Of a DNA stretch of 64,000 nt, positions 55,401-64,000 are shown one piece after another. The notes beneath the pieces are model-generated. The model did not search any database. It was not told where the DNA came from and worked only from the letters and a program-made list of their open reading frames with translations. The DNA lies in NCBI GenBank assembly GCA_944384375.1, contig CALWTE010000002.1, positions 538 to 64,537 on the forward strand, read 5' to 3'. Position 1 is the stretch's first letter, and the number at the start of each line of letters is the position of its first letter. Made by a program: the position numbers and the translations under genes. The stretch is from an uncultured Clostridia bacterium (GTDB taxonomy: Bacteria > Bacillota > Clostridia > Christensenellales > UBA1242).

Positions 55401-55976
55401 TTTAAAGTCGTCTATGCTAGGTTGATTTGTCAAAAAGTCGTAAATTTTAAAGGCGTATTTTTTAATTTTATCAAAACCGCGCTTGTCGTCAAACGTATTA
55501 GCAAGTAGTAAAAAATCTGCGTCTTTTTTCTCCGCCAACTCTGTGATTAGGTTGTTTATCGCACGATTTTTTAGGCTGAGAGTGTCGCTTTCTTCCCCTA
55601 TTGCAAATGCTGAATCTATATCAATAGTATAAAAATATTTCTGTATCAATGTTTGGCAAAACTTATGCAAAGTACAAATATCGCTCTGCCCCATTAAATC
55701 AACTTGATTAAGCAAATATTTTCGCTCATTACTGTCCAAATTGTCGTCATTTAATAATTCTAGCAACTTATCATTCAGTTTTAAGCGCATTTCGTTTGCC
55801 GCTGCATTAGTAAAAGTAACGACTAGCAATTCGTCCACAGAAACGTTGTGTTTAATAATATTTTCAGCAATTCGCTCAATCATTACGAAAGTTTTACCAC
55901 TACCCGCCCCCGCGGACACTAAAATATCTTTATCTTTGGTAAAAATCGCTAACTCTTGGTTTTGATTATATTTCAT
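52464..55976 (-). CDS. addA: ATP-dependent helicase/nuclease subunit A (AddA)
   Basis: UvrD-type Walker A SAGAGSGKT and motif VDEYQD. C-terminal PD-(D/E)xK nuclease (DLI...FDYKT). Overlaps addB by 11 nt. Confidence 0.92.
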   Translation of the reverse strand: MKYNQNQELAIFTKDKDILVSAGAGSGKTFVMIERIAENIIKHNVSVDELLVVTFTNAAANEMRLKLNDKLLELLNDDNLDSNERKYLLNQVDLMGQSDICTLHKFCQTLIQKYFYTIDIDSAFAIGEESDTLSLKNRAINNLITELAEKKDADFLLLANTFDDKRGFDKIKKYAFKIYDFLTNQPSIDDFKNRVNNAYLGTIDTNAYTDVINRYVCEVFDYFTQSFADLKQEADFLGFDALSEKLSEYITELSKISTKNTFSQNHYLVFNLNLSTLSVRTDDAECLELKEDASVLKTSFSKVLAKLRDNVYLSSDLNEISKDLQASKNVVFAMFNLVEKFTKKYSKLKKDNNILDFSDLEHYAYQILCNPQVQAEVREKYKQIYVDEYQDINDIQEGIINKIHQIKDLFLVGDVKQSIYGFRNTNPQIFLDKQTKFADSSLESAISLPLNENYRTDQKILDVVNLVFGVLMTKRLGGIDYLPDNKMVSGREFKSSQNSLPSVEVLIVEQEKEEKQQIIPTESYKVSTAPVLEDEEKSYAKTEANIIFSKIAQLLHEQKQIYDAKSGKFRDIRLDDITLLARTRSDYLDILLKELTDLGLPLAPIERETVFGEYEVNLLYTYLYLVNNKTDDIKLTEFLISPIINLNEDELSRIRLNSPESETFYDCIINYNIYDNIGDKLKRALTLIEDGRLFLVNKTIYELLVDFCDKTNYLEIISAFDGGQNRVRNVQGYINSFIGKRFNGDLCEYIASVEENDSMPKITPENNTGVSVVGVETMHHSKGLEYPIVFLVDTGHGFNMEEMRGDFLLHSELGVGMYVYDTEMRVKKETVSHSAIKIALNNKRFAENLRLLYVAMTRAKNHLFITGSTNLDKIASSTLPYALKITNNNMNLILSVLNKDEIDKLKNIKHLTHKINDENFINFEVFPCEKSIKIDENKENNFNVEQDDEFCDILTKNCDFVYDFDKNTKTALKNTVTMLNRQDEDPEISQNYEPKNFNVSENFSGQTGKVDTAVGIAYHKAMQLIDFDLASVMDVTNFLQTKLSIEEFNLIDCGKIYSAIQNLKPFVDNARLFREQEFLMYVPLKELTNSSIDDKVLVQGVVDLIAVKNNEIYIFDYKTSNTKNVEQRAKSYFTQMRCYQKAVEGALNCKINKKFLYFFLQERLILIDNE

Positions 55977-58900
55977 TTTCTTTTTCCTTAAAATTAAAAG
56001 TATCTAAATCAACTTTAAAGTTTTCTTTGCGTTGTTGTTTTTCTATCAATGTGCCTACTCTACAAATCTTTGCATAAGGGCAAAAATCACAGGCGTTGCT
56101 CGCAAAAAGGGGTTCAATAAGGCCTTGTGATATATCATTTAAGGCATTTTCTAATACTTGCACGGCATAATTTAGAATATTTTTAAACTGTTCTTCACTA
56201 GCCACCACGCCTATTCGCTTATCAAACACAAATTCACCGCTAGTTATATTCGTCTTTGAATTGCTGATTTTTACCTTTATAATGTCACTTTCCGTATGTT
56301 CAAAACTGATTTGGTTGTCTTGTGCTAGTGCGTTTACCGCATTATCAAGAGTAACTCCTTGCATACAAAAGCCCGAATATCTGCTAAAAGGCGTCTTTTC
56401 CAAATATTCCTTATGTACTGGCAAATAATATGCTCCGCCTACTTGAATTCCTAGTGCCGATAAAATTACTTGTAGATAGTAAAACAACTGTATTTTTTTA
56501 CCTAAATAGAAATTCAACAACTTAAAATCGGCGCTATATTTGCTCGTCTTGTAATCAATAATTCTTAAACGATTATTAAAAATATCTGCTCTATCTATCT
56601 TACCGCTTACTTTTACTCGCCTATTTGTATTTATAATGGCAATTTCGGGCACAGGCACAAAACCTTCCGTACCGAATTTGGCTTCTATAAACTTAATTTT
56701 ATACTGCGAATGGCTCAACTGATAGTTTATGGCTTGACAAGCGCGTACCGCTTCGCTTTTTAGTGCGGATAGAAAAGTTTCATTGTGTCCCGCAAAAATT
56801 AGATATTCAAATTCCTTTAACTGCATAATTTCGTCAAACATTTCGGTAACAATGCTTTCTATTTTGTTGTCTTCTTGCACACCACATTTACGTACAAGTC
56901 TGCCGAACCTTTCCAAAACAGCATGTAGAATATTACCCACATCTACCGCTTCAATGCGTGCTGTCTTTTTTTGTTTGAGTCGCAAACCGTAAGTTAAAAA
57001 ATGCGCGTACGGGCAGTCGTAAAATTTTTCAATCTGCGTTACGTTGACTTTATCTTTGGTAAAGAACACCTTGTCGGGGTTACTTAATTTTGCTACTTTT
57101 ACTTCATTATTCTTTATTGTTTTGAAATTTTCTAGCAACTCATTATAGCCGTATTCGTTTAGGACTTTATACGCACTACTGAGATTTTTCTTGCTTATTT
57201 GAGTATTGTCTAAATTATTTAAAAAGCCGTCTAGAATTAAATGTTTGTTTAACCATAAGTAGCCTAGTCTTTGCTTTTGCCCGCCGAAATAGTTATCGTC
57301 TTTTAGCATTTCGCTTAAACTAATGCTTTCAAGATTTCCGCCCCTAAAAGCAAACATATTTGTTAGCGAGTTAATCGCCCCCGCTGGCTTACATTCTTCT
57401 GCGTCATTATTTAAAGGGTATGAGACAATCAAGCCTTTTTTAGCATATGAAAAACTTTGCAAAACACTAAAACGACTACGTTCGTTTACCTGCCTAATAG
57501 TAGGCGTGATTTGGACACTGAACTTGTCTAGCGCCGAAATATCTTTGTCCGCTATTAGCCCTACGTCGTTTACAAATGCAGGAAAATCGCCATCTACTGC
57601 GCCTAGTATATAGTAATAATCGGTTGCCGTGAACACACTTTGCAAACTCTGCCCCACATACACGCAATCCATACTCATAGGCAAGGGCGAAATAGTAATT
57701 GTTGACGTTCCTGTTTTCCAGATTTTATTGAATTCGGCAAAATCACATTCCGCCTGCCCCATTATATCTCGCATTTGAGTTAGCACGTTATCTAGTTTAT
57801 TAAAATTTTGCCTAGCGATACTATTTCTCTCTAAGTCGCCATCTTCCAAATATGCTTGCGCTAGCCCGTCTAGATTTTCGGCAAATTGCATTTCTTCCAA
57901 AAATACGTACGTACTTGAAACCATTTCGGCAATGGTTTTGCTAATTTCTATATTTTTTGCAAAGGTAAATAGTGGCATTAAGTTTTTCCTAATCTCTAAG
58001 AACTTTTCAAAATCGGCATCTTCATTCTTGGGGGCGGAAATTTCTTGAAAATTCTTCCCAACAAAGCAATATTTATTTACCACATTTTCAAAAACTTCAC
58101 AATCGGTAGTACTCAAACCTATCAATGTATTTTTAATAAAACGCAATACGTCTTTTGCTTGAAATCCGTCTTGAACGCAATCAAATGCCGATTGAATGAA
58201 TTTGTAGCCTTCTGAATTTTGCAATTTAAAAGGCAAATCTATCCAAACAGGTATTTTATTTACTGCAAAAACTTTCTTAATTATTGGTGCATAACTCTCT
58301 AGTTTTGAGCAGTTTACCGCAAAATCTCTAAATCTCGCGCCGTCCTTTACTTTGTTTAATAAGTCTATTGCTAGCCACTCTACTTCTTGTCTACGATTAC
58401 TCGCAGTATACAGACGAACAGTCGTGGTATCGGGCAATTCAAATTTGCTAGGTTTAATTGCTATTAGATTGTCTAAAATGTGGTTTGTCCAGTTTGGCAA
58501 AGTAGAGTTTGCACTTAAAAATGTGGGCGTGATATTTAAATTTTTAGATAAAACTTGCAAGTTGTTATACATTTCTAGGTTGTAGATTTCTGCGTTTGCC
58601 TGTTCCCTTTTAGGCAAAGTAACACCTATATTTACACTATTTGCCTGACGCGATAAAACTTTAACTACATCTAACCCTTGATTAGTCATACTATCAAAAT
58701 TACAGAAATGCACGTCGGTACGCTCAAAATCACGACTATCTGCAATATTTTCACACAAAAGTTGCAATTTGTTATTTGAGTCAATATAGACGTCACTTAA
58801 ATATTCTTCATAATATTTATAAATCAAAGCGATGTCGTGTAATTTTAACTGTAAAGACTTATTCTTTATATTCTCTATACTATTTAATAAATCTATAGGA

Positions 58901-59292
58901 GAAATTTTACAAGATTTAAGTTGAGCAATAGAGTCAAACAAGATACTAGCAAAAGAAATTGTCTTAATCGTGCTACCAAAACAAAGCAATTCCTTCTCGT
59001 GCTCGAGCAGTAGCATTTCTATTACCATTGTAGCACCTAGACTAGATAACACTTGTGGAGCATTAAGCCTAGCTAGCATTTTACTAGACATTCTAGCAAA
59101 ACTCACCACTTCTACATTGAATGTAGCGACTAAGTTTAGTTTATCTAAAATCAAACGCTCCATAGTTAATGAAAACCTATCAGGCACTATTACTAATTGG
59201 CGTCTGCCTTGAATTAGTCCTTGTCCTATCAAATCAATTTGGGTGTCATTTATATCAATAAAGTTAGTACCAGTAATTATGTTTAATCTCAT
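55966..59292 (-). CDS. addB: ATP-dependent helicase/nuclease subunit B (AddB)
   Basis: 1108 aa upstream of and overlapping addA. C-terminal nuclease IIDYKTSK and Fe-S cysteines including CDFCPYAKIC. Confidence 0.9.
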   Translation of the reverse strand: MRLNIITGTNFIDINDTQIDLIGQGLIQGRRQLVIVPDRFSLTMERLILDKLNLVATFNVEVVSFARMSSKMLARLNAPQVLSSLGATMVIEMLLLEHEKELLCFGSTIKTISFASILFDSIAQLKSCKISPIDLLNSIENIKNKSLQLKLHDIALIYKYYEEYLSDVYIDSNNKLQLLCENIADSRDFERTDVHFCNFDSMTNQGLDVVKVLSRQANSVNIGVTLPKREQANAEIYNLEMYNNLQVLSKNLNITPTFLSANSTLPNWTNHILDNLIAIKPSKFELPDTTTVRLYTASNRRQEVEWLAIDLLNKVKDGARFRDFAVNCSKLESYAPIIKKVFAVNKIPVWIDLPFKLQNSEGYKFIQSAFDCVQDGFQAKDVLRFIKNTLIGLSTTDCEVFENVVNKYCFVGKNFQEISAPKNEDADFEKFLEIRKNLMPLFTFAKNIEISKTIAEMVSSTYVFLEEMQFAENLDGLAQAYLEDGDLERNSIARQNFNKLDNVLTQMRDIMGQAECDFAEFNKIWKTGTSTITISPLPMSMDCVYVGQSLQSVFTATDYYYILGAVDGDFPAFVNDVGLIADKDISALDKFSVQITPTIRQVNERSRFSVLQSFSYAKKGLIVSYPLNNDAEECKPAGAINSLTNMFAFRGGNLESISLSEMLKDDNYFGGQKQRLGYLWLNKHLILDGFLNNLDNTQISKKNLSSAYKVLNEYGYNELLENFKTIKNNEVKVAKLSNPDKVFFTKDKVNVTQIEKFYDCPYAHFLTYGLRLKQKKTARIEAVDVGNILHAVLERFGRLVRKCGVQEDNKIESIVTEMFDEIMQLKEFEYLIFAGHNETFLSALKSEAVRACQAINYQLSHSQYKIKFIEAKFGTEGFVPVPEIAIINTNRRVKVSGKIDRADIFNNRLRIIDYKTSKYSADFKLLNFYLGKKIQLFYYLQVILSALGIQVGGAYYLPVHKEYLEKTPFSRYSGFCMQGVTLDNAVNALAQDNQISFEHTESDIIKVKISNSKTNITSGEFVFDKRIGVVASEEQFKNILNYAVQVLENALNDISQGLIEPLFASNACDFCPYAKICRVGTLIEKQQRKENFKVDLDTFNFKEKENEI

Positions 59293-59392
59293 AAAAATTT
59301 CTCCTAAGTAATATTCTTTATTATACCATAAAGTAGGAATTATTGCATTTGTTTTTTTTAATTTTTTCTATTCAAATTTTAGTCTAAATTTA

Positions 59393-59439
59393 AGTACTAT
59401 GCATTTATTAAAATAGGTACTATGCATATGCATAGTACC
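59393..59439. repeat. Palindromic motif cluster: AGTACTATGCAT (59393-59404) and a perfect 24-nt palindrome GGTACTATGCATATGCATAGTACC (59416-59439)
   Basis: Self-complementary. Lies between the stop of the 285-aa gene and the addB start. Confidence 0.75.
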
Positions 59440-59465
59440 CCTATTTTAGGCAAAAAGTGGCAATT

Positions 59466-60323
59466 TTAATTAGTTTTTTGCTCGCTAACAACTAATGAGT
59501 TAATAAAAGACTTTAATTCTTCCATTTTAGAACTTGTGGCTAGCGTGTTAAGAGTTAAGAAACTAGAGAGCATCTTTTCTTGTGAAGACTGCAAATTTTT
59601 TTGAGTCTCCGCTATTCTTTCTTTTAATTTTTCGTTTTGTTCTTTTAACTCTTTAATCAATATATTTTTTCGTCTTAAATCTATTAAACTTTTCTCTAAC
59701 TGTGAGTTTGCAAACTCTGCTTCCCTAATCAAATTTTGTTCTATTTCGTCTTGTGCCGATTTTTTTACTAAACGAACTAGCCCCCAAAAAAGCGATTGAA
59801 TTTCATTTTGCGTGATTGGTTCTACTTTCTTTTTTGGTAACATAACGATATTATTATACTTTATATCTCTAGTTTTGATATTTTTTTGTTTGTATTCGTC
59901 CAAAATTGCACGCACTTTTTCTGGTTCTTTCTTTAATAAATTGCGGAATTTGTTTTGATATCTAATCATCTTTTTTGTATCGCCGTTTGCTAACTCCATA
60001 CAACTTTGGCGAATACTCTCTTTTCTGTCAAAGCGTAAAAGTTTTCGTAAAAGAATATTTGTCTCGCTATCGGAAAAATGATTTGTCTTTAAATCGCTAT
60101 CAAGTTTGTTTGCCTTAATTATTTTTTTTATATTAGGATTGCTGTCGTATTCTTTTATTAATTTATAATAAAAATTACGCACGCTAAATGTTTTTCTGTT
60201 AGTTTTATCGGCAAATTCTTGAAAAGCTTGAACTAGGTTGTTGTAATTTTTTTGCTTAATTGTGTGTAGTAAGTCCTTTATGTCTGTAATTGTCCACCCT
60301 AAAATTTTATCTTTACTTTGCAT
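59466..60323 (-). CDS. Myb/SANT-like plus coiled-coil protein, possibly an RsfA-type sporulation regulator (285 aa)
   Basis: The N-terminal pattern W..TDIKDLL......LVQAFQEFADKTNRKTFSVRNFYYK resembles the RsfA Myb-like domain. C-terminal heptad-rich region. Confidence 0.35.
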   Translation of the reverse strand: MQSKDKILGWTITDIKDLLHTIKQKNYNNLVQAFQEFADKTNRKTFSVRNFYYKLIKEYDSNPNIKKIIKANKLDSDLKTNHFSDSETNILLRKLLRFDRKESIRQSCMELANGDTKKMIRYQNKFRNLLKKEPEKVRAILDEYKQKNIKTRDIKYNNIVMLPKKKVEPITQNEIQSLFWGLVRLVKKSAQDEIEQNLIREAEFANSQLEKSLIDLRRKNILIKELKEQNEKLKERIAETQKNLQSSQEKMLSSFLTLNTLATSSKMEELKSFINSLVVSEQKTN

Positions 60324-60440
60324 TTTCTCTCCCCTAAAATATTATTTTTCACTATGTAAGTGTTGACTAGTTTTGAATTTTTTAGACAAACAAAAGCATA
60401 ATTTATTAGAATTATAAATAAAATACTGCGAGGTTATAGA

Positions 60441-61412
60441 ATGAACAATTACTACATTCATCTATATAGCGAAATACCTGCCGTATTTATGATAGACGGT
60501 AAACAAGTTGGTTTTGTGGAATATCCAAATCAAAGTATAGATATCCTATCTGACCAGCCTAGTTTTTTACTATATGTTTACCCGACCATACCAAAACAAA
60601 ATTCAAACACTGCGATTTCATATTCAGCCGAAATTACTATGAATGCTGGCAAATTATTTTGCGACAATAGTAATATTGAAATCACCTATTATGGCAAATC
60701 ACATTTCAAAATAAATGCTACCCCCTTATATGTCCACTCACAAGCAAAAAACATTCCGCCCTTTTATCAAAAAATTGACGATTACACATTCAGCATTATA
60801 AAGGGAACGCTATTTGCACAAAGTAAAGAACATAACTTTTATTACCCACTGCCTTGTGATTTAGATAAAATTAATATAAAAAAGATAAATGATTTTTTTG
60901 TTTTGTCGGCTACTGACGAGACGGGACAAAATTATATTTTAATTCTAAATGCAAATTTGCAATTACAATTTGATGCACTTGCTGATAAAATTGAATTTGA
61001 CGGCAAAACTGTGGTAACACTGCAAAACGTTTATGATATTGCTCGGCATGGTTTGGTAAAAACTTTTAATCTTAACAAAACAGGCTTTGTAAAAACGCAA
61101 CAATATTCCGTTTATACTCAATCTGAGCCTGTATCACCCGCAAATTACAGAGCGTTGCCGTGGGCCTTTATGGAAGCGGTAAATATTCAAAACTACACAC
61201 TTGCCCGCTCTTACTTGCACCCAAACTTAAGTCAAGTTTTAAAAGATGAGCATATCAGCGCATATTTCGGCGACTTTTTGGAAGTTTTGCCGTCATTAGA
61301 TAACGACTACTCCGTTTTGGCTCTCGTTTACTCAGGCAATCCACGTTTTGTAAAAAACTACAAGTTTGAAATAATTGAAAACAGAATTTATAATATTGAT
61401 TGTCAAGATTAA
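60441..61412 (+). CDS. Hypothetical protein (323 aa)
   Basis: Long ORF with GAGG RBS. No motif recognised. Confidence 0.55.
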   Translation: MNNYYIHLYSEIPAVFMIDGKQVGFVEYPNQSIDILSDQPSFLLYVYPTIPKQNSNTAISYSAEITMNAGKLFCDNSNIEITYYGKSHFKINATPLYVHSQAKNIPPFYQKIDDYTFSIIKGTLFAQSKEHNFYYPLPCDLDKINIKKINDFFVLSATDETGQNYILILNANLQLQFDALADKIEFDGKTVVTLQNVYDIARHGLVKTFNLNKTGFVKTQQYSVYTQSEPVSPANYRALPWAFMEAVNIQNYTLARSYLHPNLSQVLKDEHISAYFGDFLEVLPSLDNDYSVLALVYSGNPRFVKNYKFEIIENRIYNIDCQD

Positions 61413-61482
61413 TCATTTTAGTTGTAAAATTGCTATAATTTTGGTATAATAATACAAGAAAAATTTTTATGGAGAGTTAACT

Positions 61483-62208
61483 TTGGACATTTTTATAATT
61501 TATTGGTTACTAGGCATCATTGTCGTGCCTGGAATTATATTCGCAGCAATTGCTCAAGCAAAGATATTTTCCACATATAACACATACAAGCAACGTCCTG
61601 CTTCTTGTGGAAAAACTGCTGATGTGGTGGCACGTGAAATACTAGACAAAAACGAATTGGAGAATGTCATTATCACGCACTCAAACGGCGGAGACCTTTC
61701 AGACCACTACAACCCAACAAAAGAAACAATCGGGCTAAGCAATGGTGTTTATTCTAGCGATTCAATCGCGGCACTTAGTGTCGCTGCACACGAAGTCGGC
61801 CACGCAATTCAACGTAAAGAAGGCTATTTTGCGTCTAAAATACGTTCATTTTTAGTGCCTGTTGTGAATTTTTGCTCCGTTATGTTATGGCCACTCGTAA
61901 TTATCGGCGTTATTATTAACATTGGTGCGGCTTGGGATTCATTCGTCGGGAATCTGTTCCTATGGCTGGGTATTGCTTTCTTTGGTGTGTCGGTTTTGTT
62001 TAGTTTAATCACCTTACCCACCGAACTTGATGCATCAAAGCGTGCAATGGTGCAATTGCAAGAAGGCGGATATATAACCACCGAAGAAGAAATTACAGGT
62101 GCAAAAAAGGTATTAAGAGCCGCTGCGATGACTTATGTTGCGTCTCTTGTTGTGTCTATACTCAACCTTGTCCGCTTTATACTTGCCGTTTGGCTAGCGC
62201 GTGAATAA
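61483..62208 (+). CDS. yugP: Membrane zinc metallopeptidase, YugP family (Zn_peptidase_2), TTG start
   Basis: HEVGHAIQ zinc motif. N-terminal TM helix plus C-terminal TM helices. 241 aa. GGAGAG RBS before the TTG. Confidence 0.8.
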   Translation: MDIFIIYWLLGIIVVPGIIFAAIAQAKIFSTYNTYKQRPASCGKTADVVAREILDKNELENVIITHSNGGDLSDHYNPTKETIGLSNGVYSSDSIAALSVAAHEVGHAIQRKEGYFASKIRSFLVPVVNFCSVMLWPLVIIGVIINIGAAWDSFVGNLFLWLGIAFFGVSVLFSLITLPTELDASKRAMVQLQEGGYITTEEEITGAKKVLRAAAMTYVASLVVSILNLVRFILAVWLARE

Positions 62209-62502
62209 AGGTTTTGTTACTAAAAATTCAAAAAAATAAACCTAAATATTCGTATTTGGTTAAGTAAAATTAAACCTATAAAATCATTTTAACCATAAAA
62301 TTGCAACTATATCATACTGAGTTAAAAAAATTAAAATTAAAAATTCATATTTCATTAACAAAAACTAAAAGTATAATTTTTTGTACGAAAAATTAAAAAA
62401 ATGTTAATTTTATATTTAAAACTATAAAAAACAATAAAATTTTGTGTTTGATTAAACTCTTAAAAACTAAAATGCACAATATTTTTTAGTGTTTATAATA
62501 TA

Positions 62503-62535
62503 AAAACTCTATCGCGGTGTGATAGAGTTTTTTGC
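62503..62535 (+). terminator. Intrinsic terminator AAAACTCTATC-gcggtgt-GATAGAGTTTT plus TTTG
   Basis: 11-bp stem followed by a T-run, about 295 nt downstream of the yugP stop. Confidence 0.55.
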
Positions 62536-62761
62536 TTTAAAAGCAATTATATCTTTTGTTTTAAAAATTACTAGAGCTTTTGTTTTAAAAGTAAAATGTA
62601 AAAAAATCATTTGTTAAGATTTGTCATTTTGGAAAAATATGCTTTGAGAAAAATATGCAAAGTATAAACTTTTTTCATAAAATATATTAAATTTATAAAA
62701 TATATTAAGATTAATTAACCTATTAGATTTATTTGCAAAATAATAAATTATTCGTAAAATA

Positions 62762-63559
62762 TTAATTTAGCACGATTTGGTTATCTAAAAATCTAACCCA
62801 AACTCCCCAGTCTTGTGCTTGGTTTTTGAGAAATTCAAATGGGCTATTCCCTAACTCTTGCAAAGTTTCATTTTCTAATCCTAATGAATCTAAAATTTTG
62901 TCTATGCAGTATTGATTATCTTCACCTGTTAACTGATTGATTTGCACCGTCACATTACTTGTATTACCTGTATAAATGTCGCGTTCGGCACTCAAAGTAA
63001 GGAAAATTTGAGTCGGCATATTATCGCCCGAAAAAATAGGCAAAATAGCAGAAATTTCACTAACATTAATGTAAAATTTTGCCGAATATGAAACAGTCGT
63101 TTCTGTCGTCGCAAAATCTAATTGATAAATTGAAATTGCAAAATCGTCAGAGTACTCGCTCAGCAAAAGCGATTGTACAACATAGTTAAAAAACACCGCT
63201 ATTTCATTGTTATTTAGGCTCAAAGTATTCGTAAAACTCACTTCGTTACTAAAAAATACAGAAGTATTTAGCGTGTTGTTTGATAAAAATAAATTGCTGT
63301 TACCTGTTACGCTATTTCTAATTTTATTGTGAAAACTAGTTAAATCTGCGTCCGTAATTTCATTGCTAAAAGCACTTTGATTGTATTGCCTATTGATAAG
63401 TTCAACAAATTTTTCGTCTTGCGAGTACTCTTCATCGCTATTTGCAAACACCACAAAAACAGTTACCAAAATTATTGCTATACCTATACATAATAGCAGT
63501 AAAGTTGATTTCCCGCATCCACCCTTACCTTTAGACTTTGATTTGTTTTTCTTTTTCAT
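62762..63559 (-). CDS. N-terminally anchored extracytoplasmic protein (265 aa), unknown function
   Basis: Basic N-terminus plus TM helix LLLLCIGIAIILVTVFVVF, then N/S/T-rich sequence. Confidence 0.6.
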   Translation of the reverse strand: MKKKNKSKSKGKGGCGKSTLLLLCIGIAIILVTVFVVFANSDEEYSQDEKFVELINRQYNQSAFSNEITDADLTSFHNKIRNSVTGNSNLFLSNNTLNTSVFFSNEVSFTNTLSLNNNEIAVFFNYVVQSLLLSEYSDDFAISIYQLDFATTETTVSYSAKFYINVSEISAILPIFSGDNMPTQIFLTLSAERDIYTGNTSNVTVQINQLTGEDNQYCIDKILDSLGLENETLQELGNSPFEFLKNQAQDWGVWVRFLDNQIVLN

Positions 63560-63561
63560 TT

Positions 63562-63708
63562 TTATAATTTAAAGTCCTTTAGATGCGAAATTAAATTTGA
63601 AGTGGTTTCAGCAGTTTGTCCTCCTGATTTGTGGAAAAATACAAAATATACGATTACTCCTATTATTGCGATTACAATTAACAGTTTAAATAATTTCCAA
63701 AAGCACAT
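63562..63708 (-). CDS. Small membrane protein (48 aa: MCFWKLFKLLIVIAIIGVIVYFVFFHKSGGQTAETTSNLISHLKDFKL)
   Basis: GAGGGAAG RBS. One TM helix. Its stop lies 2 nt before the ATG of the 265-aa gene, suggesting coupling. Preferred over the antisense track ORF 63602-63790. Confidence 0.45.
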   Translation of the reverse strand: MCFWKLFKLLIVIAIIGVIVYFVFFHKSGGQTAETTSNLISHLKDFKL

Positions 63709-64000
63709 ACTTCCCTCACTTTATATAATACTAATTATACAAAATAATTTTATAATAAATCAACCGCTTTTAACTAAATTTTTGTTTTAGACAATTTTTT
63801 TAGAGAAGAAATTTACAAAATAACAATTTTGGCATAGCTTGATTATTTAAGTTTTATAATCACTTTATCTACTAAGTAATATTTTTATCCAACTCAGTTT
63901 TGCATCTCTCCTCGTTAATACACTTTTAGTAAAAGTAACATAACTTTTGTAGTCAAATAATAGTGCAGTGTAGTTGACTTTTACATAATGATTTTATATA

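Noticed and set aside
63602-63790. Plus-strand track ORF of 62 aa
   Set aside because: It has no RBS. The opposite strand encodes a 48-aa single-TM protein with a GAGGGAAG RBS, whose stop abuts the ATG of the downstream 265-aa gene, which is the more coherent interpretation.

Overview
Visibly AT-rich chromosomal window from an endospore-forming Firmicute-type bacterium. Almost all genes are on the minus strand, and several ORFs use TTG or GTG starts. Recognisable core genes are spoVT, ftsA-ftsZ, a tRNA-Thr(CGU), plsC-type acyltransferase, rluB-type pseudouridine synthase, a DacB/DacF-type D-Ala-D-Ala carboxypeptidase, ytfI/ytfJ-type sporulation genes, DUF4363/DUF421, a SpoVB/MurJ-type flippase, a LysM protein, lemA, addA-addB and a YugP-type zinc peptidase. 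Accessory content includes a BclA-like collagen spore-surface protein and four very large surface or membrane proteins: 1138 aa, 541 aa with Big_2-like repeats, 1427 aa with MBG-like repeats and 1564 aa with CarboxypepD_reg-like repeats. There is also an 884-aa membrane/coiled-coil protein. The most interesting region is about 18.6-32.4 kb. It is a compact, fully intact phage-type packaging, head and short-tail gene set: TerL, portal, scaffold, two tandem capsid paralogs, adaptor/hub/needle-like proteins, an ejection-like coiled coil and a holin-like protein, in P22-like order. No integrase, repressor, replication, protease, tailspike or endolysin gene is visible, and a sigma-region-4-like regulator lies next to it. 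Imperfect ~75-nt direct repeats bracket the set (18543-18619 and 34652-34725), and sporulation genes flank it. I read this as a candidate domesticated phage-like particle (GTA/PBSX-style) system or a selectively retained prophage remnant. Other signals are a recurring palindromic motif family (TGCATAGTACTATGCA / GGTACTATGCATATGCATAGTACC) at five or more loci, a duplicated tRNA-Thr 3' end with flank (att-like scar), a start-less 109-codon phage-tail-like gene fragment, and a probable ATT-initiated spoVB. No CRISPR array, rRNA, transposase or recombinase gene was seen. All family assignments come from motifs read by eye, not from database searches.
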